From assembly GCA_964396455.1 (NCBI GenBank), contig CAYNFG010000003.1:1-58962 (forward strand): DNA of 58,962 bases, in the 5' to 3' direction. This DNA is from an uncultured Nitrososphaeria archaeon (lineage in GTDB: Archaea; Thermoproteota; Nitrososphaeria_A; Caldarchaeales; Wolframiiraptoraceae). The position numbers and the translations under genes were made by a program. The notes under the pieces were generated by a model. It was not told the origin of the DNA and did not search any database. It saw only the letters and a list, made by a program, of their open reading frames with translations. Shown piece after piece: positions 18,697-28,182 of the stretch (the first letter of the stretch is position 1; each line of letters opens with the position of its first letter).

Positions 18697-19621
18697 CTGT
18701 ATGAAGCCTATTCTCAGCCTGATCCCAGACGGCCGATCTATCGCCATCTATGACTTCATCAGTAACCTCTTCTCCGCGTTTAGCCGGAAGCGGATGCATG
18801 AAGATCGCATCTGGTTTAGCTTTCTTAAACAGGTCTTCGGTTACCTGGTATCTCGGTATGAATGTCTTAAGCCTCTCATCCCTCTCAGCCTCCATCCCCA
18901 TGCTAACGAACGTATCGGTCATGATCACGTCCGCATCCTCGACAGCCTTCTCCGGATCCTCGGTTAGCTCTATCCTAGACCCGCTCTCCGAAGCATTCTC
19001 CTCAGCCCACTTCAGGTAATCCTTATTCGGCTCATAGCCCTTCGGGCATGCGATCGAGATGTGGAGGCCGAGCTTCGTAGCCCCTATCAGGGTGGAGTTG
19101 CAGACGTTATTTCCATCGCCTATCCACGCTATCTTGACTCCGGAAAGCCTTCCAAACCTCTCCCAGATCGTAAGTAGGTCTGCTAGGGTCTGGAGCGGGT
19201 GATCTAGATCCGAGAGCGCGTTTATAACGGGCTTATCAGACCATTTAGCAAGCTCGACCAGATCACCATGTCTCCTAACCCTGGCGGTTATTAGATCGAC
19301 GTAGCGCGAGAGGACTCTAGCGGTATCCGCTATGGTCTCTCCACGCCCAAGTTGAAGCTCGTCAAACCTAAGATATATCGGGTTTCCTCCAAGCTCGCTT
19401 ATGGCCACGTCGAGGGATACCCTAGTCCGGGTAGAAGGCTTCTCAAAGATCATCGCGACGCTCCTACCAGCCAGCCTTCCACGAAACATGCCCCTATCCT
19501 TCTTAAGCTCAGCCGAGAGCTTGAGAAGACCTAGAATCTCTTCTCTATTCAAATCCTGTAGGGTTAGGAGATCTCTACCGCGTAAAGACTCTACGATCAT
19601 CAGGTTAGAGGATCCCGCCAT
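18665..19621 (-). CDS. argF: Ornithine carbamoyltransferase
   Basis: FEKPSTRTRVS (carbamoyl-phosphate site), HPLQ, DTFVSMG (ornithine-specific D.W.SMG-like) and HPLPAKRGEEV. Confidence 0.9.
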   Translation of the reverse strand: MAGSSNLMIVESLRGRDLLTLQDLNREEILGLLKLSAELKKDRGMFRGRLAGRSVAMIFEKPSTRTRVSLDVAISELGGNPIYLRFDELQLGRGETIADTARVLSRYVDLITARVRRHGDLVELAKWSDKPVINALSDLDHPLQTLADLLTIWERFGRLSGVKIAWIGDGNNVCNSTLIGATKLGLHISIACPKGYEPNKDYLKWAEENASESGSRIELTEDPEKAVEDADVIMTDTFVSMGMEAERDERLKTFIPRYQVTEDLFKKAKPDAIFMHPLPAKRGEEVTDEVIDGDRSAVWDQAENRLHTAKAVILSILG

Positions 19622-19662
19622 GTTAATATAACTTGTGGAAATCGCGGCGGCTTAAAGAATTC

Positions 19663-20862
19663 TCATCTTCTGGAAGGTCTCCTCCTCGGAGGTCCAGGCT
19701 TCTTCGGAGGCTTCTTCTTCACGGGCGGCTTCTTATACTTCTCCCTAATCTCCTTAAGCCTCTTCTCAAGCTTCTCTCTAAGCTCTGCTCCGCGATCCTC
19801 TCTCGTAAAGTAGTCTATCTTTGCCGCGATAGCTATGATCGCTGCTAACGCTCTAGCGATCTTGCCTCTAAGATGCTTTGGCGATCCATGAACTAAGGGG
19901 CTCTGGAATAATATCCCATGCTTTGGAGCACCCCTACCGGTCCTAAAGAATCTGAATAATGCCTTCTCCGCTCCTAGGACTTGGATCGTGCTCGCTGGAA
20001 GCCTTGCAAGCTTCTCTAATCCTCCCGCCATCGAGATCAGCTTAGCTCCTAGGATCGGGCCTGCGGTCGCCGAGATATTCGGCGCTTCGGCGGACATAAG
20101 CTCCTCGATATATCTCTCCTGCTCCCTCCTCAGCTTGATGAGCCTCAGCCCCTCCCTAGCCACCTCCTTAACCTGCTCCTCATCCTCCGGGCTTAGATCG
20201 GCTCCTACAGATCTCTCAGCCCTCTCCATAACCTCTCTAGCCTTCTTTGGCCCGATAATCTCTCTAAGCCTCTTCTCGTCGAAGTTTTTCCTCGATCCAA
20301 ATTCTGCAACGATCCTCATATAATCCTCTAGATCATCTACGATCTCGGCGAGCTCCGGGAAGTGGAGGCCATACCACTCCCTACACCTGGTGTAGAACAT
20401 GTTTATCTGCTTATCTAGGTCTTCTAGGACGTGGACTGCGTGGACTATCATCATATCCCTTCTAGCGACGGCTTCCTTCAGCTCCTCGGCTACGATTCGG
20501 TCTAAGACCTGCTTGACCTCGCTCCTATACTCCTCTATGCTGTCCACGAACCCCTTTCTCACGAATAGCTCTTCTAGATCGATGGCTCTATCGAGTTCGG
20601 AGAACTTAACCTCTCGATTCTCTCTGGCCAGCGCCTCGATTATCGTCGAGGGAGATACCATAACGTCCTTGAAGCCGTTCGCGGTTAGGCTTGAAAGTAT
20701 GGCCTTAACCTCATCTACCAGCTCCCCTTTCAGGATCTTGGAGAACCTCTCGGATCTAGCCTGAACATCCTTTGGAAATGGCTTAAAATCTTGAACCTCG
20801 CTATCCGCCAACGCTAAGACTCCCAGCGGATTGACTATGAGCATCGCTGCTTTACTGCTCAT
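19663..20862 (-). CDS. nop5: C/D box sRNP core protein Nop5 (Nop56/58)
   Basis: Nop domain motifs (LGAKLISMAGGLEKLARLPASTIQVLGAEKALFR, GRGAPKHGILFQSPLV), a coiled-coil middle region and a basic KKPPVKKKPPKK tail. Confidence 0.9.
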   Translation of the reverse strand: MSSKAAMLIVNPLGVLALADSEVQDFKPFPKDVQARSERFSKILKGELVDEVKAILSSLTANGFKDVMVSPSTIIEALARENREVKFSELDRAIDLEELFVRKGFVDSIEEYRSEVKQVLDRIVAEELKEAVARRDMMIVHAVHVLEDLDKQINMFYTRCREWYGLHFPELAEIVDDLEDYMRIVAEFGSRKNFDEKRLREIIGPKKAREVMERAERSVGADLSPEDEEQVKEVAREGLRLIKLRREQERYIEELMSAEAPNISATAGPILGAKLISMAGGLEKLARLPASTIQVLGAEKALFRFFRTGRGAPKHGILFQSPLVHGSPKHLRGKIARALAAIIAIAAKIDYFTREDRGAELREKLEKRLKEIREKYKKPPVKKKPPKKPGPPRRRPSRR

Positions 20863-20891
20863 GACCCATATCTTATGAATGTCTAATCTAA

Positions 20892-21893
20892 TTAGAGTTT
20901 CGCCCGCTCTCCAAAACTAATCCCATAGGGGAGTATATCCGACATGGTTAGGAGGCCATAGGGGAATTCCTCAACCCTCTCGGCGATGCTTAGAATCACG
21001 GATGCTGTGCCGAGGTCTCCGGGGGTTCCACTACTCCTCCACGTTATCGAATACTCCTCACCCTTAATCACTATCTCCTCATAATCTGACGAGCCTGCGG
21101 CTGCCTCGAACTCGATCCTAATCCTCTCGACGTCATCCTCATAGCCTATCCCGTATCCCCTTATACCTCTAACCCTCCCCTTCTCGATAACGTGATCCCC
21201 GCATCGAATAGCCTCCTCGGCTATCAGGGGTTCCTGCATCTCAATTATCTTCGTAAGATTCAGCCCGGCTGCATCGGCTATCAAGCAAACAGACTCAGCA
21301 TATCCAACATGGCCTGAATATCTTCCAGATCTTAGCCCGGACTCGAACTCCCCGGGATCAAGCCCTAGCCCGATCTTCCTTCTAAAAGACTCCCTCCTCG
21401 CCAACGCATTCAGGCTCCGCTTAGCCCTAACCTCCACTACCCTCGGAACGGATGCAGATATGATGATCGCGAGAGAGTCTAGAAGAAATCCGGGATTTAT
21501 CCCAGCACCTATAACGGTCGCGCCACGGGTCCTCGCAAGCTTATCAAGCCTCCTAGCCAGAACCGGATACCGGTAAAATGGATATGCGAGGGTCTCGCAG
21601 GTCGAGACTATAGACTTGCCAAATCTCAAAACCTCGCAGATTTGATCATATACCATGTGCAGGTAGGAGCCCGTAGCATGCAGGACTAGATCGCATTCCT
21701 TTAACGTCTCCTCAACATTACTCGTAACCCTAACCCCGATCCTATCCTCGCCTATCAGCTCTCCAACATCTCTCCCCAGAAGCGTGGGATCGATATCTAT
21801 CGCGCCAACAACCTCATGACCGCGCTTGATAGCAACCCTGGCTAGCAGCTTCCCAATCTCTCCAAAACCATATACCGCAAGCCGCAAGCCCAT
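20892..21893 (-). CDS. NAD(P)-dependent dehydrogenase, DapB-like N-terminus (2,4-diaminopentanoate / amine dehydrogenase-like)
   Basis: Rossmann start MGLRLAVYGFGEIGKLLARV. I moved the start to the ATG at 21893; the track start at 21998 adds 35 hydrophobic residues and overlaps the divergent nitroreductase gene. Family assignment rests on overall resemblance only. Confidence 0.55.
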   Translation of the reverse strand: MGLRLAVYGFGEIGKLLARVAIKRGHEVVGAIDIDPTLLGRDVGELIGEDRIGVRVTSNVEETLKECDLVLHATGSYLHMVYDQICEVLRFGKSIVSTCETLAYPFYRYPVLARRLDKLARTRGATVIGAGINPGFLLDSLAIIISASVPRVVEVRAKRSLNALARRESFRRKIGLGLDPGEFESGLRSGRYSGHVGYAESVCLIADAAGLNLTKIIEMQEPLIAEEAIRCGDHVIEKGRVRGIRGYGIGYEDDVERIRIEFEAAAGSSDYEEIVIKGEEYSITWRSSGTPGDLGTASVILSIAERVEEFPYGLLTMSDILPYGISFGERAKL

Positions 21894-21974
21894 GAAGGGG
21901 ATAGGGTAGCCGCAATATCTTACCGTTACGATGATAATCATAAGCTTAATAACCAGCCACTCTGAAGCGATGCC

Positions 21975-22475
21975 GTGAGCGGGAAAGAGCTTCTCCAAGT
22001 AATCTACAGGAGGAGAAGCATTAGAAGCTTTCAGAGAAAGCCCATACCAAAAGACGTGCTTAACGCTATCCTCGAAGCCGGCAGGCTAGCCCCATCAGCT
22101 CATAACCGCCAGCCATGGCATTTCATAGTCGTAACAAAGCCGGAGCTAAAGAGGAAGCTGATCTTCTCAAGCTGGAATAGCTTCATGGAGGATGCTGGAG
22201 CGATAATCGTAGGCTGCGGCTATGCTGGAGAAAAATGGGCCGTCGTAGACGTGGCGATAGCCTTGGAAAACATGGTGATCGCTGCCGAAGCCCTAGGACT
22301 AGGCTCATGCTGGATAGGCTACTTTACGGAGAGCGAGGTCAAGAAGGCTCTAAAAATCCCGGAAAACCTGAAAGTGGTCGCGATGATCGCGATAGGCTAT
22401 CCAGCCGAGAAGCCCGAACCGCCGCCGAAGAAAAGCCTCGAGGAAATAGTCCATTACGAGACCTTCGAATCCTAG
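21975..22475 (+). CDS. Nitroreductase family protein (second copy in window)
   Basis: RRSIRSFQRKPIPKDVLNAILEAGRLAPSAHNRQPWHFIVV is the nitroreductase signature. Confidence 0.8.
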   Translation: MSGKELLQVIYRRRSIRSFQRKPIPKDVLNAILEAGRLAPSAHNRQPWHFIVVTKPELKRKLIFSSWNSFMEDAGAIIVGCGYAGEKWAVVDVAIALENMVIAAEALGLGSCWIGYFTESEVKKALKIPENLKVVAMIAIGYPAEKPEPPPKKSLEEIVHYETFES

Positions 22476-22533
22476 TATCCGAGAAGACTGCGCAAATCTA
22501 TAAAAGATGCCTTAATATCCTCAGGTAAGGACC

Positions 22534-22686
22534 ATGCCAAGCCACGGCTCGATAACCAAGGCTGGAAAGGTTCGATCACAAACCCCGAAGATCGAGGCTA
22601 AGCCTAGGAAGAGCATAATCCCGAGACTTAGGAATAGATATAACTTCACTAAGAGGGTGCTCGAGGCAGGCCAGGAGACCGCCTAA
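22534..22686 (+). CDS. rps30e: 30S ribosomal protein S30e (eS30), missed by the ORF track (50 aa)
   Basis: My translation is [52 protein letters not shown](L/I)[12 protein letters not shown] is the eS30 signature. A TATA-like aaatctataaaag lies about 30 nt upstream. Confidence 0.85.
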   Translation: MPSHGSITKAGKVRSQTPKIEAKPRKSIIPRLRNRYNFTKRVLEAGQETA

Positions 22687-22711
22687 TCTCCAGACTATCT
22701 TCTCAGACATA

Positions 22712-22721
22712 CCTTAAATAG
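22712..22721 (+). promoter_or_regulatory. TATA-box-like element (ccttaaatag) upstream of rpl24
   Basis: An A/T-rich 8-10-mer about 85 nt upstream of the L24 ATG. A GGTGAGAGAGG Shine-Dalgarno-like run directly precedes the ATG. Confidence 0.3.
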
Positions 22722-22803
22722 ACCGTTCATTTTCATGCATAGGAGTAGCTAGGTGTATAACGCATGAGGCTAACCATAGGTAAAGTCGAGCTGGTGAGAG
22801 AGG

Positions 22804-23178
22804 ATGGCTAAGGTTTCAGCCCAGCCTAGAAAACAGAGGAAGAGGCTCTATAACGCCCCCCTCCATAAGCTGCCGAAGCTTATGTCAGCCCATCTCTCGC
22901 CCGAGCTTAGAGAGAAATATGGGCGTAGATCATTCCCAGTAAGAGTAGGAGATAGGGTAAAGATCATGAGAGGAGAGTTCAAGGGCGTGGAAGGCAAGAT
23001 TACCAAAGTGGATAGGGAGAGGCAGATGGTCTATATCGAGAACGTTACGATCAAGAAGGTTGATGGAACAACAGTCCAGAGGCCGATCCACGTCTCGAAC
23101 ATCATGATCACAGAGCTAAACCTAGACGACGAATATAGGAAGAGAGCGCTGGTAAGAGGTAAGGAGGTGGAGGCTTAA
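22804..23178 (+). CDS. rpl24: 50S ribosomal protein L24 (uL24)
   Basis: N-terminal [16 protein letters not shown] and KOW motif [25 protein letters not shown]. Confidence 0.9.
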   Translation: MAKVSAQPRKQRKRLYNAPLHKLPKLMSAHLSPELREKYGRRSFPVRVGDRVKIMRGEFKGVEGKITKVDRERQMVYIENVTIKKVDGTTVQRPIHVSNIMITELNLDDEYRKRALVRGKEVEA

Positions 23179-23897
23179 TGGGCCATCTAAAAAGGCTTGC
23201 AGCACCACCGCACCTAAAGATCTCGGTCAAGGAGGCTGTCTTCACCGTATGCCCATCACCCGGCCCCCATCCAAAATACGAATGCATACCACTCCTCCTA
23301 ATAGTCCGAGACTACCTCAAATACGCGGAGAGAGCCGAGGAGGCTAGGAAGATAATCAAGGCGGGCAAGATCCTAGTAGATGGAAGACCGATAAAAGACT
23401 ACAAATTCCCAGTCGGCCTAATGGACGTAATCTCGATACCCGAGACCGGAGAAAACTTCAGAATCCTCCCAATCTATAGACGAGGACTGGACCTAGTGGA
23501 GATACCGGAAGAAGAATCGGGATTCAAGCTAGGTAAGATCATAAGGAAAATGCATATCCCGGGAGGATACATCCAGATAACACTCCACGACGGCAGAAAC
23601 ATAAGATTCGAAGACGTTGACGAAGGCAGAAAGCTCTACACAAAAGACACCCTAAAAATCTCAATCCCAAGCCAGACGATCCTAGGCCACCTCAAACTCG
23701 AGGAAGGAAAATACGGACTCCTAATCAAAGGCCCCAAACAAGGTCTCCATGGAAAGATAGTGGAAATCCGGAAGGACGTCGTCTATCCAGCTAAACCCCT
23801 CGTGAAACTCCAAACCCAGCAGGGAGAGGTAATATCTATACTCGACTACGTAATGGTCATAGGTGAGGAGGAGCCATGGATCAAGCTACCACAGTAG
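23178..23897 (+). CDS. rps4e: 30S ribosomal protein S4e (eS4)
   Basis: [10 protein letters not shown]...LLIVRDYLKYA...KILVDGR...FPVGLMDVI are S4e hallmarks. The start overlaps the L24 stop (TAATG). Confidence 0.9.
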   Translation: MGHLKRLAAPPHLKISVKEAVFTVCPSPGPHPKYECIPLLLIVRDYLKYAERAEEARKIIKAGKILVDGRPIKDYKFPVGLMDVISIPETGENFRILPIYRRGLDLVEIPEEESGFKLGKIIRKMHIPGGYIQITLHDGRNIRFEDVDEGRKLYTKDTLKISIPSQTILGHLKLEEGKYGLLIKGPKQGLHGKIVEIRKDVVYPAKPLVKLQTQQGEVISILDYVMVIGEEEPWIKLPQ

Positions 23898-24451
23898 AAG
23901 TCGAGAAGGTCGAGAGGAAAGCCGAGGAGAAGAAGGAGAACCCGATGAGGAGGATTAGGATAGAGAAGGTCGTCATAAACTCCTGCATCGGAGCAAACAC
24001 GCCGAGGCTCGAGAGAGCGGCGAAGATAATCGAGATGCTAACAGGTCAGAAACCTGAATTTAGAAAGGCGAAGAAGACGATCAAGGGCTTCGGGATCTAT
24101 AGAGGCCAGCCAATAGCGGTAAGAGTAACCCTGAGAAAGCAGAAGGCGGTAGAATTCCTAGAAAAAGCCCTAAAAGCCGTAAACAACACTCTAAAAGCAT
24201 CAAGCTTCGATGAAAACGGAAACTTCTCCTTCGGAATAAAGGAGCATCTAGACATACCCGGAACAAAATACGATCCAGAGCTAGGGATAATCGGGATGGA
24301 CGTCTGCGTCCACCTCTCCCGACCCGGGCTAAGGGTAGCCCTAAGAAAGAGAGCGAGAAGCAAGATAGGCTCAAGCCATAAGATAACCCGAGAAGAAGCC
24401 ATGGAATTCGTAAAGAATACCTTCGGGGTCAAGATAATCGAGGAGGAATAA
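23876..24451 (+). CDS. rpl5: 50S ribosomal protein L5 (uL5)
   Basis: NPMRRIRIEKVVINSCIG...GQKP...AKKTIKGFGIYRGQPIAVRVTLR...FSFGIKEHLDIPG. Confidence 0.9.
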   Translation: MDQATTVEVEKVERKAEEKKENPMRRIRIEKVVINSCIGANTPRLERAAKIIEMLTGQKPEFRKAKKTIKGFGIYRGQPIAVRVTLRKQKAVEFLEKALKAVNNTLKASSFDENGNFSFGIKEHLDIPGTKYDPELGIIGMDVCVHLSRPGLRVALRKRARSKIGSSHKITREEAMEFVKNTFGVKIIEEE

Positions 24452-24491
24452 TCAAACCTTAAATTATCCCAGAAAAGCTATCCAAACGGAA

Positions 24492-24656
24492 ATGGCAAAG
24501 CATAAGCCGCCGAAAGAGCGGAAATTCGGAAAAGGAGTAGTCAGATGCAGGCGATGCGGAACAACAGTAGGAGTCATTAGAAAATACAACCTCTACATAT
24601 GCAGAAGATGCATAAACGAAATTGGACCGCTACTAGGCTTTAAAGTGTATGAATGA
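24492..24656 (+). CDS. rps14: 30S ribosomal protein S14 type Z (uS14), missed by the ORF track (54 aa)
   Basis: My translation is MAKHKPPKERKFGKGVVRCRRCGTTVGVIRKYNLYICRRCINEIGPLLGFKVYE. It has the CxxC...CxxC zinc knuckle and IRKY.L..CR.CFRE-like motif of archaeal S14. Confidence 0.9.
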   Translation: MAKHKPPKERKFGKGVVRCRRCGTTVGVIRKYNLYICRRCINEIGPLLGFKVYE

Positions 24657-24666
24657 AATAAGCCCA

Positions 24667-24684
24667 CTAATAAGGCATTATTAG
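24667..24684. terminator. A/T-rich hairpin between the convergent rps14 and NagB-like genes
   Basis: CTAATAA-ggca-TTATTAG gives a 7-bp stem and 4-nt loop in the 31-nt convergent spacer. A functional role is not established. Confidence 0.25.
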
Positions 24685-24687
24685 CAT

Positions 24688-25668
24688 TTATCTGATTTCC
24701 ACTCTAATAGGCTCCTCCAGCGGGTGAAGCACGTTTACCTCTCCAGGTAATGTTTTCAGGAAGGTTGCCGGCAATTCTGGATTCGGCTCCAGATATAATG
24801 CGATATGTATAGCCATCGACTGCCAATTCATATCCGGCCCGCATACTCCATCGCACCAGAAGGATCTATACTTTACCTTAATCTCATCATCTCCAAGAAT
24901 TAGTGCTGGGCCGACCGTATTTGCGTGGCTAGGAACTCCCCACTGATTACTGCCAAAGCTATGGAGAGCATTCTGGTAGATTGTTGATGCATCTAGTTCT
25001 ATCGCCTTTAGCATCCTAATCCTCTTCCACTTATCCAAATCTCCATTCGCCCAGCGCTTAGAAGCAAAGGCTTCCCTATCAACGAATGCGAAATGCAACC
25101 CCCAGCCGATGCCGCCGTATACAACGTCAATAACACCTCCACCATCAATTATTATATCTGGTATCTTATCGACCAGCTCGTAAGTCGGGAACAGTATATC
25201 TTTCCACGGCATCCTTATCTCTTCCTTCAGCCTGCTCCAAAAGTTTGTATAAATCGTATATTGAAAGCTTCTAGGGTCATCTACCGTAGGAGTCCTCCCC
25301 TCTGGATCCGAATATTCATCCATCATCACTATGTGGACATGTCTAAGATTAAACCCATCAAGCACCTCGCTTACAGCATTCAAATTATTCGCCAATATCC
25401 TCCATTGAGGAACCGGCCCCGTCGGAGCTATCATCCAAAAGTCTCTTTTCTCCAGAAATGATTCAATAATCCTTTTAGTCATATCCATAGCGAACGCCGC
25501 ATAAAATTCTTCAGAATTTCTCCAAACTCTTACCTTAAAATCCGGATGGGGATCCAGAGGAGGATCCACACCTATTCTCTTCTTTTGAATTTCCTGGATC
25601 TTATCCACAGGTATTTTTGGCAACCATCTAGATGGCCTGGGGGACCATGCGGCGTTCATAAAAACCAC
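24688..25668 (-). CDS. Glucosamine-6-phosphate deaminase / 6-phosphogluconolactonase-like (NagB superfamily) protein
   Basis: WMIAPTGPVP...HVHIVMMDEY...VVYGGIGWGLHFAFVD parallels the NagB pattern (lglatGsTP...tFnlDEY...GiG.dGHiAFNEP). Divergent, and visibly more A+T-rich than its neighbours. Confidence 0.45.
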   Translation of the reverse strand: MVFMNAAWSPRPSRWLPKIPVDKIQEIQKKRIGVDPPLDPHPDFKVRVWRNSEEFYAAFAMDMTKRIIESFLEKRDFWMIAPTGPVPQWRILANNLNAVSEVLDGFNLRHVHIVMMDEYSDPEGRTPTVDDPRSFQYTIYTNFWSRLKEEIRMPWKDILFPTYELVDKIPDIIIDGGGVIDVVYGGIGWGLHFAFVDREAFASKRWANGDLDKWKRIRMLKAIELDASTIYQNALHSFGSNQWGVPSHANTVGPALILGDDEIKVKYRSFWCDGVCGPDMNWQSMAIHIALYLEPNPELPATFLKTLPGEVNVLHPLEEPIRVEIR

Positions 25669-25744
25669 TCCTGAGGGAATCCATATATCTTTTTCTAGCG
25701 ATCTCCTTTATAGCTAAGATGATGATAAGGGCTAGAAATGATGT

Positions 25745-26026
25745 ATGGATTCATCTAATTTCTCTTTTAGCTCGTTTGCTGGTCGGGCTCTGGATTCTTT
25801 GAGTATCGAGATGCTCCTAAAGTCCATGATTCTCCATCTATGGGTCCATAATCACGATTTGGCGGGAGGCGATGTTGAAGAATTCACCGAACTAGAATTA
25901 AAACACCTTACAGCGTCTCATACGGGTCCGAAAGAAGCATTAAACTGGTTTGCGGAGAAGATTTACAAGTATCTCAGAGATAAGGGATATAAGACGTTGT
26001 GGGAGCCGGATCTCTGGCAAAAATAG
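25745..26026 (+). CDS. Hypothetical protein (93 aa)
   Basis: ORF only, with no recognisable motif. It sits in an A+T-richer spacer at the ribosomal-cluster breakpoint. Confidence 0.3.
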   Translation: MDSSNFSFSSFAGRALDSLSIEMLLKSMILHLWVHNHDLAGGDVEEFTELELKHLTASHTGPKEALNWFAEKIYKYLRDKGYKTLWEPDLWQK

Positions 26027-26065
26027 AAATTCGCTAACCCTTTTTCTTTTAATCTTTAATCTTAT

Positions 26066-26677
26066 TCACCACATGCTTGGCAAGACTATCTTGTTTGTGT
26101 TTTTTAGGGCTTCGAAGGTTGCTCCTGCGAAGGAGAGTGTTGTTCTGGTTTCTCCATAGGTTCTCGTCCATACGTCTTCGACTCCTGCCAGCTCTAGGAC
26201 TATTCTTGCTGCTTCTCCAGCAACTATCCCGAGTCCTCTTGGTCCTGGTATGAGTTCTATTCTTACGCTTCCGCGTTTGCCTTCAACTTTCGTCGGCAGG
26301 CTGTGGGGCGCTCCGCAGGCGCATTCCCAGCTTCCGCATCCCCTTCTAACGGGTATGATGTTCAGCTTTGCATTTTTTACAGCTTTCTCTATAGCCGAGA
26401 CTACGTGGACGGCTTTTCCTGTTCCTAGGCCTACGTATCCATCTCGATTGCCGACTATTGCTATTGCTCTGAATCTGGATCTTTCTCCTGCTGCGGTCTG
26501 CTTCTGGACTAGGTTTATGTCGAGGACCTCCTGCTCTAGTCCAGGTAGAAGGTAGTCTACTATCTCGACCTCGGTTATCCTTAGGTTGTTTGCGAAGATC
26601 TCTGCTATGGATGTGATCTTGCCCTCCTTAACCATTCTACCCACTTTAGTTCTAGGAACCCAGTTTTCTAGGCTCAT
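26066..26677 (-). CDS. rps5: 30S ribosomal protein S5 (uS5)
   Basis: [13 protein letters not shown]....EI...L.I.E.EIVD, plus [22 protein letters not shown] and [10 protein letters not shown]. Confidence 0.9.
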   Translation of the reverse strand: MSLENWVPRTKVGRMVKEGKITSIAEIFANNLRITEVEIVDYLLPGLEQEVLDINLVQKQTAAGERSRFRAIAIVGNRDGYVGLGTGKAVHVVSAIEKAVKNAKLNIIPVRRGCGSWECACGAPHSLPTKVEGKRGSVRIELIPGPRGLGIVAGEAARIVLELAGVEDVWTRTYGETRTTLSFAGATFEALKNTNKIVLPSMW

Positions 26678-27249
26678 TTCCCGCCCAGCTCCTCTAGAAT
26701 CCTATTCTTAACTTCTTCAAAATGAGCTTCAAGATTCGCGTATATCGTCTCATCCATTCTTGAGAACTGGATCGTGGGGTTCTCGGATCTGCGTAGCATC
26801 TGATAATATTCCACTATATGCTTTCCTTTAATCCTATCTTCGCTTGGAAGCTTCTCCTCTCCGAGGGGTATTTCTACGCCGGCATCCCTGAAGCCTAGGG
26901 CTGCTGCGAAGACCCTTGCCCCCTTGCTCGGCCTTTGGAGCCCTATGTCTAGAATCGCTTTCTCGACCTTATCCTTAACCATTAATCCCGCTAGTAGGCC
27001 TGTGAGATAGGCTGCTGGAGTATTCTTTAGGCTCGCCTTCCAGCCATATTCCCTAAGCTTCTTAGAGGTTACGGTTAGTATGGTCTCGTCTCCGCCGAGC
27101 TTAGGCTTAATGACTTGGACGATTATGTATCGATTGGTTTTTCTGACGACGAGGCGTGGGAGGCCGGATTTTACAAGCTTTAGCCTCTGCCTATAATCTG
27201 TGAGGCCTTCACGTCTTCTCCTCGGGGGCATCCGCTTTAAGAGGCTCAT
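26674..27249 (-). CDS. rpl18: 50S ribosomal protein L18 (uL18)
   Basis: [38 protein letters not shown] is the archaeal L18/eukaryotic L5 N-terminus. 4-nt overlap with rps5. Confidence 0.9.
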   Translation of the reverse strand: MSLLKRMPPRRRREGLTDYRQRLKLVKSGLPRLVVRKTNRYIIVQVIKPKLGGDETILTVTSKKLREYGWKASLKNTPAAYLTGLLAGLMVKDKVEKAILDIGLQRPSKGARVFAAALGFRDAGVEIPLGEEKLPSEDRIKGKHIVEYYQMLRRSENPTIQFSRMDETIYANLEAHFEEVKNRILEELGGK

Positions 27250-27695
27250 AGTAGCGGCCTCCTGATCAGCTTATTCTGCTCTAGATACTCCATCATAGCT
27301 GCTACAGACTTGAAGCTACCCGCCTTCACCATTCGATAAATCTTCCTATAGATCGTCTTCGTTATAAGCCCCCGATCCCTAAGCTCTCTAAGCTTCCTCC
27401 TCTGCGCTCTCACCCTCATCATCCACTGCTCCTTCCTCGAGATCCTGCTATACTTCTTGCCCTTCCTACTTCCAGGTCCTCTCTTCTTCCGCTTTCTAGC
27501 TCTAACCCTTGCTCTGCTAACGCCTTTCTTCTGCTCCTTATAGATCACGCCATCCTTTATGAGCCTCCGGATATCCTCCCTCGTGATCGCCTCGGAGACT
27601 TCCTCAAGCTTCTCCGGATCTATCTTGACTCTATGAATTCCGCATTTTAGTAGATCTGCTGCAAGCCTTTTCTGGAAGGTGAGTTTAAGCCCCAT
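27246..27695 (-). CDS. rpl19e: 50S ribosomal protein L19e (eL19)
   Basis: QKRLAADLLKCGIHRVKIDPEKLEEVSEAITREDIRRLIKDGVI and the RARKRKKRGPGSRKG basic block. Confidence 0.9.
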   Translation of the reverse strand: MGLKLTFQKRLAADLLKCGIHRVKIDPEKLEEVSEAITREDIRRLIKDGVIYKEQKKGVSRARVRARKRKKRGPGSRKGKKYSRISRKEQWMMRVRAQRRKLRELRDRGLITKTIYRKIYRMVKAGSFKSVAAMMEYLEQNKLIRRPLL

Positions 27696-28182
27696 CTTCC
27701 TTCACCTCCTCGATCTCCGAGGGCTTTCCGGCTTCAGCCTCTTCTTCCGGCTTCTCCTCAACCTCCGGCTCAACCACCTCGACTACCTCTTCCTCCGCCT
27801 CGGCCATCATAGGCGGATTTAGAATCTTTAAGCCTAGCTCTTTAGCCTTCTCGACTATCAGAAGCCTCTTCCTCATTCCGACCGATCCAGCAATCCTAAC
27901 CGCGTGAATCTCAGGATTCAATCCTTCGAGATCTTCAGGTCTATAGACGAGAACCTCCTTATAACCGCTTGGGTGGAGACCTCTATACTTCCTAGGCGTC
28001 CTATAGCCTACTTTTACGAGCGGAGGCCAGCCCTTTACCTGAAGCCTCATCTTACTATCCTTTCCCCTAGGCTTCCTCCAGTTAGGCTTAAGCCTAACAT
28101 ATCTCCAGCTCTCCTGCCGAACGAACTCCGGCCTCCTGAGCTTCAACTCCCTAACCCACTTAGGAATCTTTACCGGGCTCAT
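27685..28182 (-). CDS. rpl32e: 50S ribosomal protein L32e (eL32) with an acidic C-terminal extension of about 40 aa
   Basis: RPEFVRQESWRYVRLKPNWRKPRGKDSKMR...GYRTPRKYRGLHPSGY...AVRIAGSVGMRKR is L32e. The tail AEAEEEVVEVVEPEVEEKPEEEAEAGKPSEIEEVKEDGA is additional. Confidence 0.9.
   Translation of the reverse strand: MSPVKIPKWVRELKLRRPEFVRQESWRYVRLKPNWRKPRGKDSKMRLQVKGWPPLVKVGYRTPRKYRGLHPSGYKEVLVYRPEDLEGLNPEIHAVRIAGSVGMRKRLLIVEKAKELGLKILNPPMMAEAEEEVVEVVEPEVEEKPEEEAEAGKPSEIEEVKEDGA

Noticed and set aside
21894-21998. Over-extended N-termini in the ORF track: 20892..21998, 42191..43612, 41227..42207 and 55630..56280
   Set aside because: The extensions are hydrophobic or atypical. They overlap divergent neighbours or A/T-rich promoter spacers, and they precede an internal ATG that begins the recognisable domain (Rossmann GxGxxG, NusB-like domain, agmatinase core, P-loop). 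I used the shorter starts.
22764-22811. 15-codon upstream ORF ([15 protein letters not shown]) overlapping the rpl24 start
   Set aside because: It is too short and unremarkable to support as a gene or leader peptide. The same bases provide the Shine-Dalgarno-like GGTGAGAGAGG for rpl24.
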